Positions 1 through 9,841 of a DNA stretch of 64,000 nt are shown here, piece after piece; the stretch's first letter is position 1, and each line of letters starts with the position of its first letter. This DNA is from Synergistales bacterium (GTDB lineage Bacteria > Synergistota > Synergistia > Synergistales > JAFGMB01): contig OY762654.1 of NCBI GenBank assembly GCA_963666205.1, forward strand, positions 2,144,001 to 2,208,000, read 5' to 3'. The notes below the pieces were generated by a model. That model was given only the letters and a program-made list of their open reading frames with translations. It ran no database searches and was not told the DNA's origin. The position numbers were made by a program, and so were the translations under genes.

Positions 1-401
1 TACTCGCCAGCGCTCAGTCGCTTGTTTACGGCTGCGATAGCGGTGCTGATAAGGTCTTTGCGGAGGGAGTCTTCCGTTGTAATGTCAGCCATCTTGCTGT
101 CTGCCTGTTTCAGTTTCATCTGGTAGTTATACACATCCTGGGGAACTCCCTGCAGGTATCCGTTGCCATTTGTATTTGTGTCAGCCCAGTCTAATATCAC
201 AACGTAATCGTAAAGCATCAGAAGAAGATTACCAAGTGCAGAATCTTCTGGTGCCGAGGTTTGTGAACTTTCAGCTACCTTTTGTGGCAGGGGCTGCATG
301 GTTGCCCATAAGGGACTGTAAAAATTACAAAGTACAGTGTAACTGTCAAGAGAGCAGTGATAGAAGATTTCAGAGTTCTTGTCATTATTCTTACCATCCA
401 T
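1..401 (-). CDS. Partial hypothetical protein running off the left edge; probably secreted, possibly frameshifted near its 5' end
   Basis: Manual translation gives a frame open from ATG 401 through position 1 (...WATMQPLPQKVAESSQTSAPEDSALGNLLLMLYDYVVILDWAD...). A signal-peptide-like MTRTLKSSITALLTVTLYFVIF starts at ATG 385 in an adjacent frame. Confidence 0.45.
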   Translation of the reverse strand, partial: MDGKNNDKNSEIFYHCSLDSYTVLCNFYSPLWATMQPLPQKVAESSQTSAPEDSALGNLLLMLYDYVVILDWADTNTNGNGYLQGVPQDVYNYQMKLKQADSKMADITTEDSLRKDLISTAIAAVNKRLSAGE

Positions 402-469
402 TCACAAACAATTAATTTTCCAAGTTTATTATAAGGCTTCCTGGTTTCAATTTTTAGGTGCAATTTAAA

Positions 470-893
470 TAGATCAGTCGAACCGAACATTAATTTCGCC
501 CCTTCATTCACTGCATTTCTTACATAGATATCTTCATGGAAATTGGGTGAAGTCCCACCACAATTCCGAAGCGTAAAAACCCCTTATTAAAGCTTTTTGT
601 GCGTTGTGAAGTACCACTATCGCTTTCACAGGAGGTAGTGTGGTTATTTCCCAATAAGACTCGTGAATGTCTTTCCGAAGAGGAGAGGCCAGATGAATAT
701 GACAATCGATCAATCCGGGCATTCCATAACAATTATTACCTGGGATCACATCGTAATTCCCAGTATCAATTTTCATGCTTTTCTCATCAATAAACGAGAT
801 AGAGTTATTTGAAATACCTGGATTACCCTTATATGGTTCTTTGTTTATTCTGTCTATGATATTCAGATCAGTAATTACTATTAGTTTGTTCAT
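470..893 (-). pseudogene. Amidohydrolase (Xaa-Pro dipeptidase-like) pseudogene
   Basis: Contains the MPGLIDCHIHL metal-binding motif and AQKALIRGF. A frameshift near 575 continues as TLRNCGG...RNAVNEG, then jumps to AKLMFGSTD and degrades. ATG 893 overlaps the end of the permease gene. Confidence 0.75.
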
Positions 894-2862
894 ATCCTTT
901 CTGCTCTCTTTGCAACTTATCGGAAAAGACATAGATCACTACCAGACCTATGATGGCAGTGCCGGATAAAAGCTTGTTAGGTACCATAAGCATAAGGGAA
1001 AGAAGAAAAAGCAATAATTGCACAAACCTGGAGAGGTTGACCCTGAAATATCCTTGTGTCGCTATTCCCAGGGTAATAACCCCGATCAAGGCTGTCAGAA
1101 AATCAATCGAAATATTCAATGCTTTCCCATAACCTAGCAAAGAGGGATTATAGACAAAGAAATAGGGGAGGAAAAATGCTACAAGGCCAAGTTTGACAGC
1201 ATTAGATCCAACCCTGAAAGGATTAGCCCCTGCTACTCCTGCGGCAGCATAGGTGGCAAGTGCCACAGGTGGAGTTATTGGGGCCAGGGCAGAACAGAAG
1301 AATATAAACATGTGGGCAGCCATTGGAGTAACTCCCATTTTCACCAATCCAGGAGCAACCAGCACCGCAAGAAGGGCATAGGTAGCAGGTGTTACAAGGC
1401 CCATTCCCAAGATAACCGCAGCAAGCTGGGTCAATAGTAACCCCAAGATCAGTTTCCCATTTGATACTGTCACTATTATGGAACTTAACTTGAATCCCAG
1501 ACCGGTAAGGTTTAATACAGCAATTACCACTCCTGCGCTTGCACAGGCTGAAGAAACTACGACAAGTGATTTTGATGCTGATCTTGCACCTTTCACTATC
1601 CTTTCAAAATTCGGCCTGGTTGACTGTTTAAGGGAAGCAAAAACAAATAACGCTATAGTGGAATAAAATGCTGCGTTTATGGCTACATTTCTTCTGATAA
1701 GGAGTAATACCAGCAAAAAGATGGGGATTAGCAAATGGATGTTGCTGATAAATGATTCTCTCAAGGGCGGTAGTTTATCCTTTGGGAAACCAATAAAACC
1801 CTGTTTACAGGATTGAGAGTGGACTGCAGAAAAAAAGCCTGCATAGTATAAAAATGCGGGAATGGCGGCTGCTTTCATTACCTCCAGGTATGGAACTCCC
1901 ATGAATTCAGCCAGAATGAACGCAGTGGCACCCATTATAGGAGGTGTAAAGGTCCCACCTGTAGATGCAACGGCTTCCACTCCTCCAGCCCATTCTTTGG
2001 GATAGCCCATGTTTTTCATCAAGGGGATTGTTATTGAACCTGTGGAAACAACATTTGCTACAGTGCTACCTGAAATCATCCCAAAAAACGCACTTGCGAT
2101 AACTGCCATTTTTGCAGGTCCACCAGTCAGACTTCCTGCTATCGACATTGATAATTTCATGAAACCCCTCAATCCCCCAAGGACTTCGAGGTAACTTGCA
2201 AAGAAAATAAAGCCTGCTACGTATGTTGCAGATATGCCCAGAGTGGATCCGAACAAGCCTTCAGTTCCTACAGCTATTTGACTTAAGATCCTTCCAAAGG
2301 AATATCCTCTATGGGCAATGATATCAGGCAGCCATGGCCCTGTTAATGAATAAAGGACACCCATTACTACGATCAGAACGAGAGCCCAACCCATGGTTCT
2401 TCTTGTAATCTCCAGGGTTATCAATATGATCACCAAACCTGCAACCTGATCTACCAAAGTCATTTCTGAAATATACAGCTGTTTCCAGTGCGTTGCCAAA
2501 TGGGCAAGGGCTGCAAGGGCCAATATGATTATCAGGCTATTGACCAGACTTTCAATAACAGGCAAGTTCTTTTTGTCCTTTTTTGTGCGTGGATAAATTA
2601 TCATTGCCAAGGGTATTATGAAAGCCATGTGTATTGCTCTTTGTACATATGCCGGCATGGGAAACAGTGCTGCAGAATAATAAGTAAATAAAAGAAGCCC
2701 TACTGAAATAACAGAAAATGCAACTTGAACAAATCGATTGTCCGGATCAAACCCTTTTGGCTGGATCTCCTGTATGTTCATAACATCGATCTTTTGTAAT
2801 AATGTGACCAAAGAATGTTCCTGAACTAACTTTTCCACGGGTTCCAATCTCTGTTTTCCCAT
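868..2862 (-). CDS. TRAP transporter fused 4TM/12TM permease (TAXI-associated DctQM)
   Basis: 664 aa polytopic protein with GGPAKMAVIASAFFGMISGS, VEAVASTGGTFTPPIMGA and ITPPVALA motifs. Confidence 0.93.
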   Translation of the reverse strand: MGKQRLEPVEKLVQEHSLVTLLQKIDVMNIQEIQPKGFDPDNRFVQVAFSVISVGLLLFTYYSAALFPMPAYVQRAIHMAFIIPLAMIIYPRTKKDKKNLPVIESLVNSLIIILALAALAHLATHWKQLYISEMTLVDQVAGLVIILITLEITRRTMGWALVLIVVMGVLYSLTGPWLPDIIAHRGYSFGRILSQIAVGTEGLFGSTLGISATYVAGFIFFASYLEVLGGLRGFMKLSMSIAGSLTGGPAKMAVIASAFFGMISGSTVANVVSTGSITIPLMKNMGYPKEWAGGVEAVASTGGTFTPPIMGATAFILAEFMGVPYLEVMKAAAIPAFLYYAGFFSAVHSQSCKQGFIGFPKDKLPPLRESFISNIHLLIPIFLLVLLLIRRNVAINAAFYSTIALFVFASLKQSTRPNFERIVKGARSASKSLVVVSSACASAGVVIAVLNLTGLGFKLSSIIVTVSNGKLILGLLLTQLAAVILGMGLVTPATYALLAVLVAPGLVKMGVTPMAAHMFIFFCSALAPITPPVALATYAAAGVAGANPFRVGSNAVKLGLVAFFLPYFFVYNPSLLGYGKALNISIDFLTALIGVITLGIATQGYFRVNLSRFVQLLLFLLSLMLMVPNKLLSGTAIIGLVVIYVFSDKLQREQKGYEQTNSNY

Positions 2863-2934
2863 ACAGCCCCTCCTGAAATATCCTTATCAAAAAAGAAGAA
2901 ACTCATGATAGCCTTTAAGGTTCAAATCAGAGAA

Positions 2935-2981
2935 GGAACTCTCTCTCGTAAATTCGTAAGGGGAAAAGGAAGAGAGTTCCT
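2935..2981. terminator. Inverted repeat between TAXI receptor and permease (attenuating/stabilising stem)
   Basis: ggaactctct ... agagagttcc arms in the intergenic region. Confidence 0.5.
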
Positions 2982-3002
2982 GGGAGGGTATTGATATTAT
3001 GG

Positions 3003-3980
3003 TTATTCGATCAATCCAGCTTCCCTGTAGAATTTTTCTGCTCCAGGATGGAATTTTACAGGCATCCCTTTAACTGCACTTTCAGGGGTGATTACCGCAA
3101 AGGTACTACTTATGTCCTGTAGAGATTTGATATTTTCCATTAGAGTTCTGGTGAATTTGTACATGGTTTCTTCAGAAAGGTTTTTACTGCAGATAACGAT
3201 GTGATTCACTGCAAGAATTTTTGATTTTTCCGGCATATCAAGTTTTTCAAAATCTGAATGAGGCATAGTTTTCACAACGAGATAAGGCAAGGTATCTTCC
3301 ACTTTGCTGTAGCCTTCGTCAGAAATCTCAACAAGTTTGAGTGACTTGGTGGCCAATAATTCCGTCAGACTTGGTAACTTGGGTTTTGCCACATAGGCAA
3401 ATGCGTCAATCTGATTCTGTCTGATCAGATCCATTGCCCCAGACAAACCTGAATATTCAGCTTTGAAATCATCCCACTTTAGCCCGAGAAGGGAAAAGAC
3501 TTCCTTATTAAGAGCTTCATCGCCATCTCCGGGATTTCCAATGGCAATTCTTTTCCCTTTAAGATCTTCAAAAGTATTGATGCCGCTGTCAGCTCTCGCG
3601 AGGAGATACCAATAACCAAAATGTGCAGAGAACCAGCCGTTTACTCCCTGTAGCTTTTCTTTAAAGGGAGGGAGTCCTCTGGTTCCCAAATAAGTAATAT
3701 TGGCCATTGTAAGACCCAATTCTCTTTCCTGATTTGCTATAGTCTCGATATTTTCCATGCTTCCCCGAGGGCTTGGTACTGGGGTGATATTATAGTCTGC
3801 TAATTTCCCATTAAGGATCTGAGACACTCCAGAAGCAAGCATCATCCAACCTCCAGTGGGCGAGGCTGTACCAAAAGTGATCTGTTCTTTAGCTAAACTA
3901 ACTGAAGGAACCAATACTACAGTGAATATCAGAGCTGACGTAAGAAAACCTAAAACAGAGTGCGACTTCACCATTGACAT
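3003..3980 (-). CDS. TAXI family TRAP solute-binding protein
   Basis: Signal peptide, GTASPTGG, GSMENI, DLKGKRIAIG and FHPGAEKFYREAG motifs. Confidence 0.93.
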   Translation of the reverse strand: MSMVKSHSVLGFLTSALIFTVVLVPSVSLAKEQITFGTASPTGGWMMLASGVSQILNGKLADYNITPVPSPRGSMENIETIANQERELGLTMANITYLGTRGLPPFKEKLQGVNGWFSAHFGYWYLLARADSGINTFEDLKGKRIAIGNPGDGDEALNKEVFSLLGLKWDDFKAEYSGLSGAMDLIRQNQIDAFAYVAKPKLPSLTELLATKSLKLVEISDEGYSKVEDTLPYLVVKTMPHSDFEKLDMPEKSKILAVNHIVICSKNLSEETMYKFTRTLMENIKSLQDISSTFAVITPESAVKGMPVKFHPGAEKFYREAGLIE

Positions 3981-4110
3981 CTTTCTCTCTCCTTAAATTA
4001 GCTTCCATAATTTTCAGTTCTCGTTTCTCAAATGCCTTCTGAACCAGCAGCAAAAAAGAGTAAATCAGGGGCAAATCTTAAACGGTCAAAACTAGGGTCA
4101 ACTATTGAAA

Positions 4111-4335
4111 CTTGGATTCAACTTATAAGTGCAACGGGTTTAGGAGTGGATAAAAAGGCTAGCTATTGTAATGTCAAGGTTATCCGACCCTAAGCGCCTG
4201 AAAGCAGCACTTATGAGACATTACAGGCAGCTAACCCTTGAACAAAGATACCATCTTTATGCACTTTGTAAAATATATATAAGCCAGAAAAAAAGGCGCA
4301 GGAGATAGGAGTTCATCCATCTAGCATAAGAGAAA
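4111..4335 (+). mobile_element. IS30-family remnant (left inverted repeat plus frameshifted transposase N-terminus)
   Basis: ttggattcaacttataagtgcaac at 4112-4135 resembles IS30-type terminal IRs. ATG 4213 gives MRHYRQLTLEQRYHLYAL...SQKK(frameshift)AQEIGVHPSSI, the IS30 N-terminal HTH pattern, then truncates. Confidence 0.8.
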
Positions 4336-4368
4336 ATGGGGTCAAGCCTTGCCCGAACGGTTTTGTAG

Positions 4369-4748
4369 TGCAAATACATTGAAATCAGACCTGGTGGGAT
4401 CAGGTTACAGGATCTTGTTAAAGATCTCCGTTCAGTTATGTGGGAACACGCTTCAATAACGAGAAGTGAAGGATCACTGAGGTGTGTCAAAAATGAACTG
4501 GAACGAATAGCAAGGCACAAGGATCTGGCGAGAGTTGAGAATGTCAGAGATATCCTTTGCTTTCATCAACTGGAATCAATGATCTCGGAGGCTCGCATGT
4601 TGATCGAGGTGAGCGAAAAATGCAAGGGAAGAAGGGGTGTTTTTTCAGGACCGATTACCCAGTAAAGAACGAAAGGTTCAGGGGGAACTTTTTTGAAAAA
4701 AAGAATGCCATTGGAGATATGGAGTGTTCCTTCAGAAAGGCTGAATAA
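4369..4748 (+). pseudogene. C-terminal fragment of a fumarate reductase/succinate dehydrogenase/L-aspartate oxidase-type flavoprotein
   Basis: LRSVMWEHASITRSEGSL...QLESMI..A..RRG(frameshift)CFFRTDYP matches the RxESRGxHxRxDYP C-terminal domain pattern. The N-terminal FAD domain is absent. Confidence 0.75.
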
Positions 4749-4940
4749 GGAACTCTGGACCTGTGCTTTCCAATCATTATGGCGGCCAGGGTCTGGAGGG
4801 GCAGAGACACCAGGTAGCGGATGGCAGTGAGGGGGGGGCGACAGAGGTCCGAGGTGGTTACTCTGAATTGACGATGATTGATCAATTCTGCTAACATGAA
4901 TTTTATAACGTTGCCATAACATCGAAGGGAGACGATCATT

Positions 4941-5888
4941 TTGACAGAACAGAAAAAGGCTGTGTACTTCTTCTGTACCGCCCCTATGGACCATGTGGGG
5001 GGCAATGTCCTGTCTGCCGTTTCAGAAAATCATGCCATGGAAGAGACAGATATCGTTGTGGACGGAGACAAAGTTTTAAAATATATAGATGATAAGGGGA
5101 ACAGCTTCTTTTTTGTTTCCACCCGAAAGCCTGTCAGCCACGACTACGTCCACTACCTTCCCATCATGAACCGTCACTTTTCAGACTTCGATGTGGCCGG
5201 TATCGTTACATGGCATGAGGGTCAGAATGCCCCTGAAGCCATCCTTACCGTACATACCACCGGAGATGTGGACTCGGGCAACTTCGGTCCGGCATCACCT
5301 GAGTATATGAGAAATATACTTCTTTCAATGGAAAGGAACAGGATAGAAGCTGGGCTGGATGATTATAGTGTCACCACGGAAGCAACTCACTGGTCCGGGA
5401 TGGTCTATGAGGGTGGCAGTCCGGAGATGATACCCCAGTATCCTGTAACCATGCTCGACATTGAGATAGGGAGTTCCCCCCCTTACTGGTCCAATAAAAG
5501 GGCTGCAGGGGTACTTGCTCGATCCCTGACCTCTGTTTTCGAGAGTGACGGGCTAAGGGTAAGGAATCTGCTGTGTGCTGGAGGTGTTCATTTTGAAACA
5601 GGTTTTGCAAGTGCAGTCTTCACCAAATGGGAGAATTCAGCTTTCGGCATTTCTCACATCCTCGCCAATCAGTGGCTTGTCTCCGGCGGTTATGACAGGG
5701 AGGATGGGATATCGAGATTGAGGGCCTGTGTAAGCAGCATCCATGGAGGTATCGAAGGGATTGCATTTCACGACAACCTTAAGGGAGTCTATAAGGATCA
5801 GCTCCGTGCTTTGGCTGAAGAACTGGGAATCCCCGTTTTCAAACACAAGAAACTGCGGAAACCGGAAACGATCCAGTGGAGTGACTAA
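4941..5888 (+). CDS. D-aminoacyl-tRNA deacylase, DTD2/GEK1 (archaeal/plant-type) family
   Basis: WHEG, ILTVHTTG, EATHW, DIEIGSS..W, GGVHF and ISHIL motifs characteristic of the DtdA/GEK1 fold. TTG start with GGGAG RBS. Confidence 0.8.
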   Translation: MTEQKKAVYFFCTAPMDHVGGNVLSAVSENHAMEETDIVVDGDKVLKYIDDKGNSFFFVSTRKPVSHDYVHYLPIMNRHFSDFDVAGIVTWHEGQNAPEAILTVHTTGDVDSGNFGPASPEYMRNILLSMERNRIEAGLDDYSVTTEATHWSGMVYEGGSPEMIPQYPVTMLDIEIGSSPPYWSNKRAAGVLARSLTSVFESDGLRVRNLLCAGGVHFETGFASAVFTKWENSAFGISHILANQWLVSGGYDREDGISRLRACVSSIHGGIEGIAFHDNLKGVYKDQLRALAEELGIPVFKHKKLRKPETIQWSD

Positions 5889-5920
5889 GGATGCTGATCA
5901 ATAACATTAGTTGAAAAACC

Positions 5921-5951
5921 AAGGCTCTCCCTAGTATACGGGGAGAGCCTT
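5921..5951. terminator. Bidirectional intrinsic terminator
   Basis: aaggctctccc-tagtatacg-gggagagcctt between convergent genes. Confidence 0.75.
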
Positions 5952-5981
5952 GGTATATTCTACGGGTTGGTGTTCGGAAGG

Positions 5982-6812
5982 TTATCTAATCTCGAACTCA
6001 ATAGTGCCGAGCTTGCCGAAATCGGCCTTATACTGTCCGGGTTTACCGGGGATCATGTTTCCCAGGGCACCGGTCATGAGGACGTCACCTGGTTTTATTG
6101 TCCAACCCTTTTCAACCATTGTATTGACGAGCCAAAGAGCGGCTTTCCATTGGGATCCCATGGCATCTGAACCTTTCCCTTCGTTGACGGTTTCTCCGTT
6201 TCGGGTGAGGACAACGCTAACTGAGTCGAGATCCATGGATCTGTTCTTTTTGTCTCCCACTATGAATTGAGTGGCTGAAACGTTGCCTGCTATGAGATCA
6301 ATTCCCTTGAGGGCTTTAAGATCCGCGAAGTTGAGATCGGGGAGCTCGATGGAGGGTAGCACTGCACCGATATGTCTTTTCAGTTCGGCCACTGAAGACA
6401 TTCTACGGTTGATGGTCTTTGTTATGAAGAAGGCTATCTCTGTCTCTATCATGGGCATGGCAAATGCTTCTGAAAGGATAAGAGGTGAGCCTGATTTTTT
6501 GCCGGAAAGGTAAAGTACTCCTGCTACGGATTCATTTACCCCGAACTTCTTCTGGGCTCCGGGAGTGGTGAGTCCGGCTTTGTAGCCTGCAATGGAATCG
6601 CCCTCCAGTCGCCTGTTCACATACTGTTTCTGTATTTCGTAGGCCTGAGAGGCGGTCATTGTAGAATCTGTTTTCGAAAGAACAGGGATAAGTTCGTTGT
6701 TCATGTGAGCATCTACGAGCATTTGAGCCATATCTTCGGTGGAAGACCATGCAGTGACCGAGAGCAGTAACATGAGTATAAAGGCAATTATAGAAATATA
6801 TCTTTTTTTCAT
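5982..6812 (-). CDS. 2-keto-4-pentenoate hydratase-like (FAA hydrolase superfamily) protein with N-terminal signal peptide
   Basis: AYEIQ, GYKAGLT, IETEIAF, IELPD, and WL...G..IKPGDVLMTGALG motifs. MKKR plus a hydrophobic stretch and AWS cleavage-like site. Confidence 0.85.
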   Translation of the reverse strand: MKKRYISIIAFILMLLLSVTAWSSTEDMAQMLVDAHMNNELIPVLSKTDSTMTASQAYEIQKQYVNRRLEGDSIAGYKAGLTTPGAQKKFGVNESVAGVLYLSGKKSGSPLILSEAFAMPMIETEIAFFITKTINRRMSSVAELKRHIGAVLPSIELPDLNFADLKALKGIDLIAGNVSATQFIVGDKKNRSMDLDSVSVVLTRNGETVNEGKGSDAMGSQWKAALWLVNTMVEKGWTIKPGDVLMTGALGNMIPGKPGQYKADFGKLGTIEFEIR

Positions 6813-7036
6813 ATTTTCGACCTCCTTAAAATTATCTTTAAGTATTGATTTATTTTAATATAGTATCACTACAAAGAATCGGGAACCAGTCTACCTTGAT
6901 CTTGTATTACCTGGAACAGGTCTTTCAGGAATGGTTTCGTGCTAAAAAAATACCTGCAAAATCAGGTATCTCATTATGCAAAAGCTTGAAACACCCAATA
7001 CAAGTCATTATTGACCCTGATGGATATTTGCATCTG

Positions 7037-7516
7037 TCAAAGGATCGGATGTACATTCTGTGCAGGATCGACCAATTTTATCAATTCAGGATAGCTCGCT
7101 ATTATCCGTTTACCCACCTCTTCACCCGGATCCATCAGTTTAAAATCCGGGTACTCAAAACCTGGAGCTACTGAACACCCCACAAGCACCCTCCCGCCTA
7201 TAGGCACTGCTGCCTGCCATAATCCTGCCTTGATCACATGGCAATATTCTTTTTTTGAGGGAGACAGTTCAACCCTATCCATCTCTTCTTTAACGTCATC
7301 CCAAAGGTAGAGGATCAGACCCTTACCTTCATAAAAATTCCACACTTCATCGCTCTCCACCTTGTGGAATCTGCTTACTTCTTCTTTCCCAAGAGAAAAA
7401 TAAATATGTGTCAGTGCTTGCCGTTCTCTTGTGCCTTCAATCACTTTTGTCTCGGAGCGATAAACCTGTTTGAATCTGCCCCCTTCGGGGTGTTCCTGCA
7501 ATTCATTATCCTTCAT
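7037..7516 (-). CDS. Cupin_5 (DUF985) family protein
   Basis: HPEGG, T.IYF.L, FHKVESDEVWNFYEG, WQAA and LVGCSVAPGFEY motifs. Confidence 0.88.
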   Translation of the reverse strand: MKDNELQEHPEGGRFKQVYRSETKVIEGTRERQALTHIYFSLGKEEVSRFHKVESDEVWNFYEGKGLILYLWDDVKEEMDRVELSPSKKEYCHVIKAGLWQAAVPIGGRVLVGCSVAPGFEYPDFKLMDPGEEVGKRIIASYPELIKLVDPAQNVHPIL

Positions 7517-7784
7517 CTGTTGTCATCCCGATCCATAATTTATATTGTGTATATGACTCGAATACATCAGATGAGAATAATCAAACCAGGGCTGGAAAGT
7601 CAAGTCATTACAACAGTTGAGATCTGCCTCCATTTTATCTTCGGATGAAATTGCTTTTCCTGATAGCCCCGGGAGCTTTAAAAGGTATAAGATGGAGTTT
7701 GGATTAGTAGCTTATATTCTCTGGTTTGAGTGTATACCACTCTATGTTACTCCTGAAAAAATCTGATATGGAGAAGAAATCTGA

Positions 7785-8552
7785 ATGAAAAAATATGGAG
7801 AAAATGAAAAAATCGGATTGGCTCTCGGGGGCGGTGCTGTTCTTGGTGCCGCTCATATAGGGGTGTTAAAAGCACTCGAAGAGTCTGATATCCCTGTAAG
7901 TTATGTCGCAGGGACGAGTATTGGAGCTTTGATCTCAGCCTTTCTGGCCTTTGGCAAGGGGTGGGAAGAAATTACAGAGGTATTGAAAGACCTGAACTGG
8001 CTGGATATTTCGGGGATCTCCCTTTCGCAATTTGGATTGCTCTCGAACAAGAAACTGGGCAGAATCATAATAGAAAATATGGGAGATGTAAGCTTTGATG
8101 AAGCCCTTATTCCCCTTGCTATGGTGGCGACGGATATCTCGACTGGAGAAAAAGTTGTCTTGAAAAAGGGAAGTGTTGCTACTGCTGTGATGGCGAGTAC
8201 ATGCATTCCAGGTATCTTCGTGCCTGTTGAGGTAAACGGAAAAATCCTTGTTGACGGTGGTATTGTGGAAAATGTTCCGGTAACTACACTGAAGGATATG
8301 GGTGCCGATCTGATCATCGGTGTTGATCTGAATTCTAAACATACCTTTAAAAAACCCCGCAATATAGTTGAAGTATTATTAAGATCCTTTGATTTCACAT
8401 TGAAGACAGCGACGAAGCTCCAGACAGAACAGGCAGATATTCTCGTAGAACCTGATCTTTCATCTTTTAATATGGTTGACGTCGATCAGATGGATGATCT
8501 GATCGAAAAGGGCTACCAGGAGGCAAATCTCGTATTCCATCAGATAAGATGA
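7785..8552 (+). CDS. Patatin-like phospholipase (RssA-like)
   Basis: GGGAVLG glycine loop, GTSIG nucleophile elbow, DGG motif. Confidence 0.92.
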   Translation: MKKYGENEKIGLALGGGAVLGAAHIGVLKALEESDIPVSYVAGTSIGALISAFLAFGKGWEEITEVLKDLNWLDISGISLSQFGLLSNKKLGRIIIENMGDVSFDEALIPLAMVATDISTGEKVVLKKGSVATAVMASTCIPGIFVPVEVNGKILVDGGIVENVPVTTLKDMGADLIIGVDLNSKHTFKKPRNIVEVLLRSFDFTLKTATKLQTEQADILVEPDLSSFNMVDVDQMDDLIEKGYQEANLVFHQIR

Positions 8553-8714
8553 AGCAAAAAATGATCACGTTTTGCGTGAGCCTTTCTGTAGTTCCAGATT
8601 GAGTTTTCTGCTTCTGATTTTGTATAAAAACCCCTGGATACATCGTATATAATTAACAGGTCTGCAGATTCATTAAATTAAGATGATAATTTCCGGAGGA
8701 GGGATCAGGTTTTG

Positions 8715-9701
8715 ATGAAAATTATGCAGAAGGAACTGAGAGCCTCTATCATTCAGTATCCCCCGGTGTATATGAACCTTGAGGCAAGTATCGATAAGGC
8801 TTCAGGCCTTATTGCTGAAGCAGCTGGGGATGGTGCGCAGGTGGTAGTGTTTCCCGAAACCTGGCTGCCGGGGTATCCCGTATGGCTGGACAGTTCTCCG
8901 GGAGTCGCACTGTGGGGAAATGAACCCACTAAAAAACTCTACAGAGCCCTGGTAAATAATTCACTGACCATACCTGGGCCCCATTTCGAAAGGTTAATTA
9001 AGATAGCGGGAGATAACAAGGTCTACGTTGTTATGGGATGTCACGAATTGGTTGGCAATACGCTCTTTAACACCATGCTTTATTTAAAGCCGGATGGCGA
9101 GACCTACTCCCTGCACAGGAAACTGATGCCCACCTTCACAGAAAAACTCATATGGGGAATGGCTGACGGAAGCACTCTTTCTGCCGTTGAAACCGAGTTT
9201 GGAAATATGGGGGGATTGATCTGCTGGGAGCACTGGATGCCTTCTGCCAGGCTCGCCATGCATGAGCAGGGAGAGGTTCTGCACATTTCCCAGTGGCCAT
9301 CTGTAAAGGACCTTCACCAGGTGGCAAGCCGTCATTATGCTTTTGAAGGACAGTGCTTTGTGGCTGCTGCTGGTACAGTTCTAACCAAAAAGGATGTTCT
9401 CAGCGGTTTTGATTCCCTTAAAGATCCTGATCCATGTGCAAGGGAGGTCCTTGCAGCAATTGAAGGAGAAGAGGATGAAATGCTCCAGAATGGTGGAAGT
9501 ACATTCATCAGGCCGGATTCCAATTATGTAACCGAGCCTGTTTTTGAGAAATGTGAAATCATTACAGCATCGCTGGATCTTCAGGAGATATTGGAAGGGC
9601 ATCTTCTAATGGATACAGCCGGCCATTATTCGAGACCGGATATTTTTGAGCTCAAGGTAAACACAAAAGCACAGAAGAACATATTTTCAACCAATAATTA
9701 G
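8715..9701 (+). CDS. Nitrilase (carbon-nitrogen hydrolase)
   Basis: Catalytic E-K-C triad in FPETWLPGYP, HRKLMPT and ICWEHWMP; GHYSRPDIF tail. Confidence 0.93.
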   Translation: MKIMQKELRASIIQYPPVYMNLEASIDKASGLIAEAAGDGAQVVVFPETWLPGYPVWLDSSPGVALWGNEPTKKLYRALVNNSLTIPGPHFERLIKIAGDNKVYVVMGCHELVGNTLFNTMLYLKPDGETYSLHRKLMPTFTEKLIWGMADGSTLSAVETEFGNMGGLICWEHWMPSARLAMHEQGEVLHISQWPSVKDLHQVASRHYAFEGQCFVAAAGTVLTKKDVLSGFDSLKDPDPCAREVLAAIEGEEDEMLQNGGSTFIRPDSNYVTEPVFEKCEIITASLDLQEILEGHLLMDTAGHYSRPDIFELKVNTKAQKNIFSTNN

Positions 9702-9778
9702 AACACCTTTTCCCAGAGTAAAACTGATGAAACTTGAGAGATGTTAAAAGCTTGTACGGACATGCAATGTTAATGTTC

Positions 9779-9822
9779 AGAAGATGGGCAGGAGTCATTG
9801 GAAAGACTACTGCCCATCTTCT
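9779..9822. terminator. Bidirectional terminator
   Basis: agaagatgggcag ... ctgcccatcttct between convergent genes. Confidence 0.7.
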
Positions 9823-9841
9823 TATGTTTTACCCTGAAGGA

